This document shows positions 59,001 to 64,000 of a stretch of 64,000 nt of DNA, in pieces; the stretch's first letter is position 1, and the number at the start of each line of letters is the position of its first letter. The notes beneath the pieces were generated by a model. The model searched no databases. It saw nothing but the letters and a program-made list of their open reading frames with translations, and was not told the origin of the DNA. A program made the position numbers and the translations under genes. The DNA comes from Lytechinus pictus (lineage: Eukaryota), in NCBI RefSeq assembly GCF_037042905.1, contig NC_087246.1:3906001-3970000 (forward strand), in the 5' to 3' direction.

Positions 59001-62000
59001 TATCTCACCAATCCACTAATGCGAACGTTAGCACGGACAAGAAATGTTTTATATTAAGACCTTAATATGGGGCAATCACTTTAAGCAGTTATGAACTGAA
59101 AAGAAGCATATGTCACTACATAAAACAATACAATAATTCGAAGAGCGAGAAAATATATATTTTGTGTATATTTACTTGAAAACAGGAGGTTTTAGTACAA
59201 CAGGATTATATATCTCGTTAAACAGACAATGCGAGCACCAGGAACACTGAAGACATAGGCCCTGATCAAATTATGTTTCATAAAGTTATGAAAAAAATGT
59301 TTTTATGTAATATAACATAACATGATTATGATATAATATAACTACGTTTCTCTTCCCGGCTTTATCCCTCTTTTTCTCCTTTTCACCGTTTTTATTTATT
59401 TATTTTTTTGGCCAGCCAATGATAGTGATGGTAGTGGTGGTAATGATGATGATGATGATGATAATAATATTAATTGATGATAATGATGGTGATGATGATA
59501 ATTATGATTGATAACAATGATGGTGGTTGTGGTGGAGATGATGGTGATGACGAGAAGGAGGATGACGAAGATGCATGATGGCGATGATTGTGTCGGTATT
59601 TTTTGTGTTGGTTATTATGATGATTGTGATATTATCATCATAATTATCATTATGCCACATTTGAATGATTATTATTTAAAATATTTAGCCAACCCTAGAC
59701 CCGTTTAATTATCGATTGGCCATTTCCTTTCTTTTCATTCATTTGAAAAATTTCGTCTTTTCAGATGATCTGGCACCAGAGTATAAGTTGGATGCTGGCA
59801 TATCGAAGAAGTGACGTCGATTCTATCCTCCAACGACCACACCCTATGGGTGTGGTGGGTGGGGCACTTCTCACAACTCTCCTCACTGTCTGTATGAAGC
59901 TCGGCATAGGGAGATTAGCGCCCAATTTTTATGAAGGTTGCATGCCGAAGTCAGATTGTTACAACAGTGGCTACTGGAGTGAAGTTCTTAGTCACATGTA
60001 TATAACTGATTTTACATGTTTCCATCCAGAGAGGTTAAGGGAAGTAAGGTACGATTTATATCATCTTACTTTCTACATTGCTTTGTTTGGTTTTTATTTT
60101 TTCTTCGAGAAATTTATTTTGTCTACTATTTAAAGCCATTTTAGAATAAGTTCGAGGCCTTGAAACTGATACTTTTTTTTTATACAAAATGAATTCTACA
60201 CTTGATTAATGCTCAACCTTAATGAAAAGATGTTATTAATTGAGAGATAAAAAGGCTTAATTTTCTCAAAAAATCTGTAAAGAAATGAGTGATACAAGCG
60301 TCAAAAGTATAAATTACTTCTTCATAAACATGATGGGCAATTATTGTGGAAATTTATATATTTTGTACTTTCGGTATTCAAAAAATACTCTTATCTTCAC
60401 GTGAATTTGAAGCAAAATGCCGGTGAATAGCCTCGTATCCTGACCTTAGAGTGTACGAAGGTATTTTTGTTTTTGCGTATTTTTACGACGTAACTATAAA
60501 ACCCAAACTCTATATACCTTTATGGCAAAACTACACATTGTTACTGATAATTGTGCACTAATGTATTTCATTTTTACAGTCGATCATTTCCCTGTGTGTA
60601 CACATCATTGTCATCATTTTCTTGGTTCTATTTCTTGGTAAGTTTTTTTTAATCAATAAATCTTCTTGATCTTGATTAGATATTCACTGCATTCTAAAAA
60701 ACACTATTCTATTTACATTCTCATCCCCTCTCAACTTAAGATTGACGCCGAGCCATCACAATTTCATTACATAATTAATTATTGTCTTAAAAACACTGAC
60801 GGTTCATAATTCGGATGAGATGATTTCTATTTATTATTAATGACATATTGTTTTCAGTTCTCTTATGTTTATTAAAAGAAATCAGAAGTTTAAAGGCATT
60901 AATAATAAAAGCACAAACGACGTTGCATTGAATAGATGGACGGTTTTTAAGGTATTTTATTTATTTACTTATTTATTCATTTATTTACTTCTGTTACTCC
61001 TTTCATTCTACCAAATTCGCTAATATAACAAAATTTGATCAGGCCAGATTATGATCTTTACTTCTTCTGAACTACTTTAGATATACTTGGTATACAACTC
61101 CCCAACGCCTAGTCTCCGAAGAACATTCGCTGTCATTACCTGTCTTGCAATCCCCGCCTGTGTCGCATTCACTCGTCTTCATGACAACAGGAGTCATTCA
61201 GGTGACGTAATTGCAGGATGCATTCTGGGTATTTCGATCGCAGTTATCTTGACAGTCGGTAGAAAGGCAAAGTCTGATTGGGTGAGATATATTATGGTTT
61301 TAGAATGTTTTTGACGGTCATGTTAAAGGATGTCATTGTGGAAGTATATTCCTTGTGAATATGGTTGTGGCTATTTTATTGACTGTGGTTGGTTTTGGTT
61401 GCCGCTGTGGTGATTGTTGTAGTTTAATGGTTGTGGTTAGGATTGTTGTTTGGTGGTGAATGAGGTTCTGAATGCCGTTTGCGGTTGTGGTTTTGGTTGC
61501 GTTTGAAGATTTGTTGGTTACTGTGGTTTTTGTTTTGACTTAAAATTGTTGCATTGGTCTTGGTTGTACGTGGTTGTGAATGTGGTTTGTTTGCGGTTGT
61601 GGTTTTGATTTGGTGCAGTTGTGGTTGTTAGTTGTTACCGTGATTTTAGTTTTGATTAGTATTGTAGTATTAGTTGTGGTTTTGGTTATAAATATCCCTG
61701 TGTTTGTGGTTTTTGTTGCAAAACGAAATTTGCACCCCTTCTTCTGCTTTCAACAGCTGATTTTCCAAACTTTAGTTCCACCTGGCCCCAAGATATGCAC
61801 CCCATACCACTTTAGTTCCACCTCCCCAGGATGTGCACCTCCCCATGCTCAAACCAGCATATGCCCAGCAGATTGCTCTTCATATTTTATCCTTCTATTG
61901 GTATTCTTATTCTTTTCATATTTCTAATCACATTCCCAATCGTATTTGTTATTCTACTCTGATGCCCATTTCCGATCAGATATATTCCTTTTTCCGATTC

Positions 62001-63445
62001 ATAATTCTATTGATGTTCTCTTTCGCATTCCCATAATTATTTATATCCCCGTGCTCACAGAAGAATTCCTGGCTCTTCCTCTTCATATTAATATTACAAT
62101 GATTACTATTCGATTCATCTTAGTATTTCCCCTCCTTTTCATAACTTTTCATTTCCCTTTCATCTAAATATTAATTACTTTGTCATTCTTATTTTTATTC
62201 AACACAACACCCCTCTTTCTTTTCCAATTCTTTCCCGGTTTTTTCCCTTCCACTTCCTCTTAATGTTGTTATTTCCCTCTTTTTTTTTCATTTTCTATTC
62301 ATTTTCCTGATGCTTCTATTTCCCCTTTCTCTGAATTTTCGTCTTGTTCTCTTCCCCCCTTCCATTTCCCCTTCTTCTCGTTCTCATTCATCTCGCTCTT
62401 CCCGCTTGACTCTAAACTTGGAAGAAGAATAAAGAAGATGAGAAAATGGAGGAAGACAACGACGACGTCAAAGAAGAGGAAGAAGAAGAAGAAGAACTAG
62501 AAAAAGAAGAGGAAGAAGAGGAGGAGGAGGAGGAGGAAGAAGAAGAGATCTAACATAAATCTAATTAAGATGTGGTGTACATGATATTAGAATGATGAAT
62601 CAAATTTAAAAAAAATGATATAATTATGAAAATAATAAGGTCCTTTTCCATCATTTTTTTTCAGACTGAAGATGATAAAGACGTAGACTTTGAAATGCTA
62701 TCTATGAGGGAATCGGAGGAAGGTATAAGCCTTAGACAGAAATTTCGTTTTTTAATGAGTTTTCCTTTTTTTTCTTTTACTATTGTGGAGGAGGCTAGTC
62801 GAGCCAGACACATTTTCTGCAAAACACTATAATGCAGAATAGAGACTGAAGATTTCTGTATAATGCGGCTTAATGCTCTATTTGTCTTGTTTCCAAAGTA
62901 GACATGATTATAATTGTCAAATGCACATTTAAAAAAATGGTCAAATGAGCTAATCTCTTTGTGAATATAATTGTTGGTTGATAAATTGGTTAATATCAGA
63001 TACTAACCGACACATTGGTTATTTTGACCGATACTTTTTACATGTTTACGAAGGTATTGACTTAGTTGGTGGAAAGGAGAGAGAGCGAGTAGTAACAGAA
63101 GCAGCAGCAGCAGTAGTAGTAGTATTACCATAATTTTATTTCCTATTTATACAACAGCGTCTAAAGAGAAGAACCTCAGACCGACGGTTAGAGTTTGCTC
63201 ATCGGCCTTGACGTCTAACATTCAAGGTTTCATTGACGAGCTCAAACACCGCTTAAACGATTATGTCGTAGGCATTGATCACGTCATACTTCCATACAGC
63301 GATCTCGATTCATTTAAACCGACTGGCTGGAATAAGACTGATGTCGTCATATTGTGTCATTCCATCAATAATCGAAGGCTATCGATCACTGACGTGACAG
63401 ACGCCCTTTACAATGAATTCCTTAAGATGGTTACGAAACATTGCG
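56080..63445 (+). CDS. PAP2/phospholipid-phosphatase (PLPP/PLPPR)-like membrane protein with degenerate catalytic motifs, fused to a C-terminal uncharacterised alpha/beta domain; 3'-incomplete
   Basis: Exons: 56080-56164, 57876-58024, 59765-60048, 60580-60637, 61081-61281, 62665-62722, 63158-63445; phases 1,0,2,0,0,1,1; no stop. PLPP signatures RGFFCSDTSIRYPY, KLGIGRLAPNFYEGC, RSFPCVY, TRLHDNRSHSGDVIAG. The last exon ends at a donor, so the gene continues beyond 64000. Confidence 0.8.
56583..56800. mobile_element. Old MITE with C(A/C)GTGGCGGATCCAG termini
   Basis: CCGTGGCGGATCCAG ... CTGGATCCACCACTG; no clean TSD. Confidence 0.55.
56850..57482. mobile_element. Kolobok-type MITE in intron 1 of the PLPP-like gene
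   Basis: Degenerate left end (ttga-ACGTCAAGTCCACCC), intact right end GGTGGACTTGTCCT-TTAA (57483-57486); body collinear with the outer 13012 copy. Confidence 0.82.
58039..59260. repeat. Satellite-like tandem array (~113-bp units, ~342-bp higher-order repeat) with GCGAGCGCGAAGCGC cores
   Basis: Cores at ~58457, 58570, 58688, 58799, 58911; block ~58320-58590 is repeated at ~58660-58935. Confidence 0.8.
59420..59670. repeat. (GAT)n / (GGT)n microsatellite low-complexity tract
   Basis: Directly visible. Confidence 0.85.
62420..62547. repeat. (GAA)n/(GAG)n purine tract, preceded by a pyrimidine-rich tract (~62200-62400) and GT-rich low complexity (~61360-61720)
   Basis: Directly visible. Confidence 0.85.
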
Positions 63446-63489
63446 GTAATTATGTTTTGGTATTTCATAAGCTTTACAATCATCCATTA

Positions 63490-64000
63490 TAGTGGAGCGG
63501 TTATGTGACAAAAAATGGCCAAGATGCTCGGATCTGGCAGAAAGTGTGAAATTTGGCATACAGGGGTATTTTTGGGCGCTGATTTCAAAAATTGCCGGCC
63601 CCAAGCGATTTGACCATCGGGTCGGCCGCCATTTTGAAATCCAAAATGGCCGCCAAAAAAAATCATTAAATGTCATTTTCTTGAGTTTTACACGGCATGT
63701 GACACTGAAATCTGGCATATATGGGTATTTTGGGGCACTGATTTAAAATATTGCCGGCCCCCACCAATTTGACCATTTGGCCGGCGGCAAAATGGCTGCC
63801 ATCTTGAAATCCAAGATGGCCGCCATGATATATTATTGCAATCATTTTCTCGAGTTTTATATGAACTGCGGTACTGAAATTTGGCACATAGGCTTAATTT
63901 TGGGTGCTGATTAAAAAAATTGCCGGCCCCAAGCGATTTGACCATTGGGTCGGCCGCCATTTTGAAATCCAAGATGGCCGCCATGAAAAATCATTAAATG
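63490..64000. repeat. Tandem ~160-170-bp repeat with GGCCGCCATTTTG..CAAAATGGCCGCC palindromic core (probable Helentron-type core repeats), runs off the window
   Basis: GAAAT(T/C)TGGCA(T/C)A at 63548, 63707, 63876; each unit contains GCCGGCCCC and the inverted CCATTTTG / CAA(A/G)ATGG motif. Confidence 0.75.

Noticed and set aside
58039-59260. Regularly spaced palindromic cores suggestive of a CRISPR array
   Set aside because: The intervening sequences are homologous to each other, the context is a eukaryotic intron, and there are no cas genes.
61580-62167. Hydrophobic ORFs resembling membrane proteins
   Set aside because: Produced by GTT/ATT low-complexity intron sequence; no family motifs.
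63431-63984. Several overlapping ORFs at the window end
   Set aside because: They arise from the GC-richer tandem repeat; the peptides are repetitive in all frames.

Overview
AT-rich, intron-rich animal genomic DNA. Gene sequences and repeat content suggest an invertebrate deuterostome, probably a sea urchin (inference). Four spliced genes were assembled by hand from GT-AG junctions with consistent phases. (1) RAD1, minus strand, 8 coding exons, 19304->2673, 283 aa. (2) Malectin, minus strand, 4 exons, 32569->25481, 273 aa. (3) TYW1, plus strand, 17 exons, 33167->50701, 721 aa, head-to-head with malectin. (4) A PAP2/PLPP-family gene from 56080 that runs off the window. In gene 4 all three phosphatase motifs are degenerate, and the membrane domain is spliced in frame to a cytoplasmic alpha/beta, possibly TIR-like, domain; this is the most interesting candidate novel system here. 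RAD1 intron 1 holds a decayed ~6 kb LINE (open ORF1; PHD-APE-RT ORF2) hit three times by a TTAA-targeting Kolobok-type MITE, including one self-nested copy. Two small intronic elements in RAD1 carry outward-facing hammerhead-ribozyme-like cores on both strands. The rest is MITEs, foldbacks, perfect palindromes, satellites and microsatellites.
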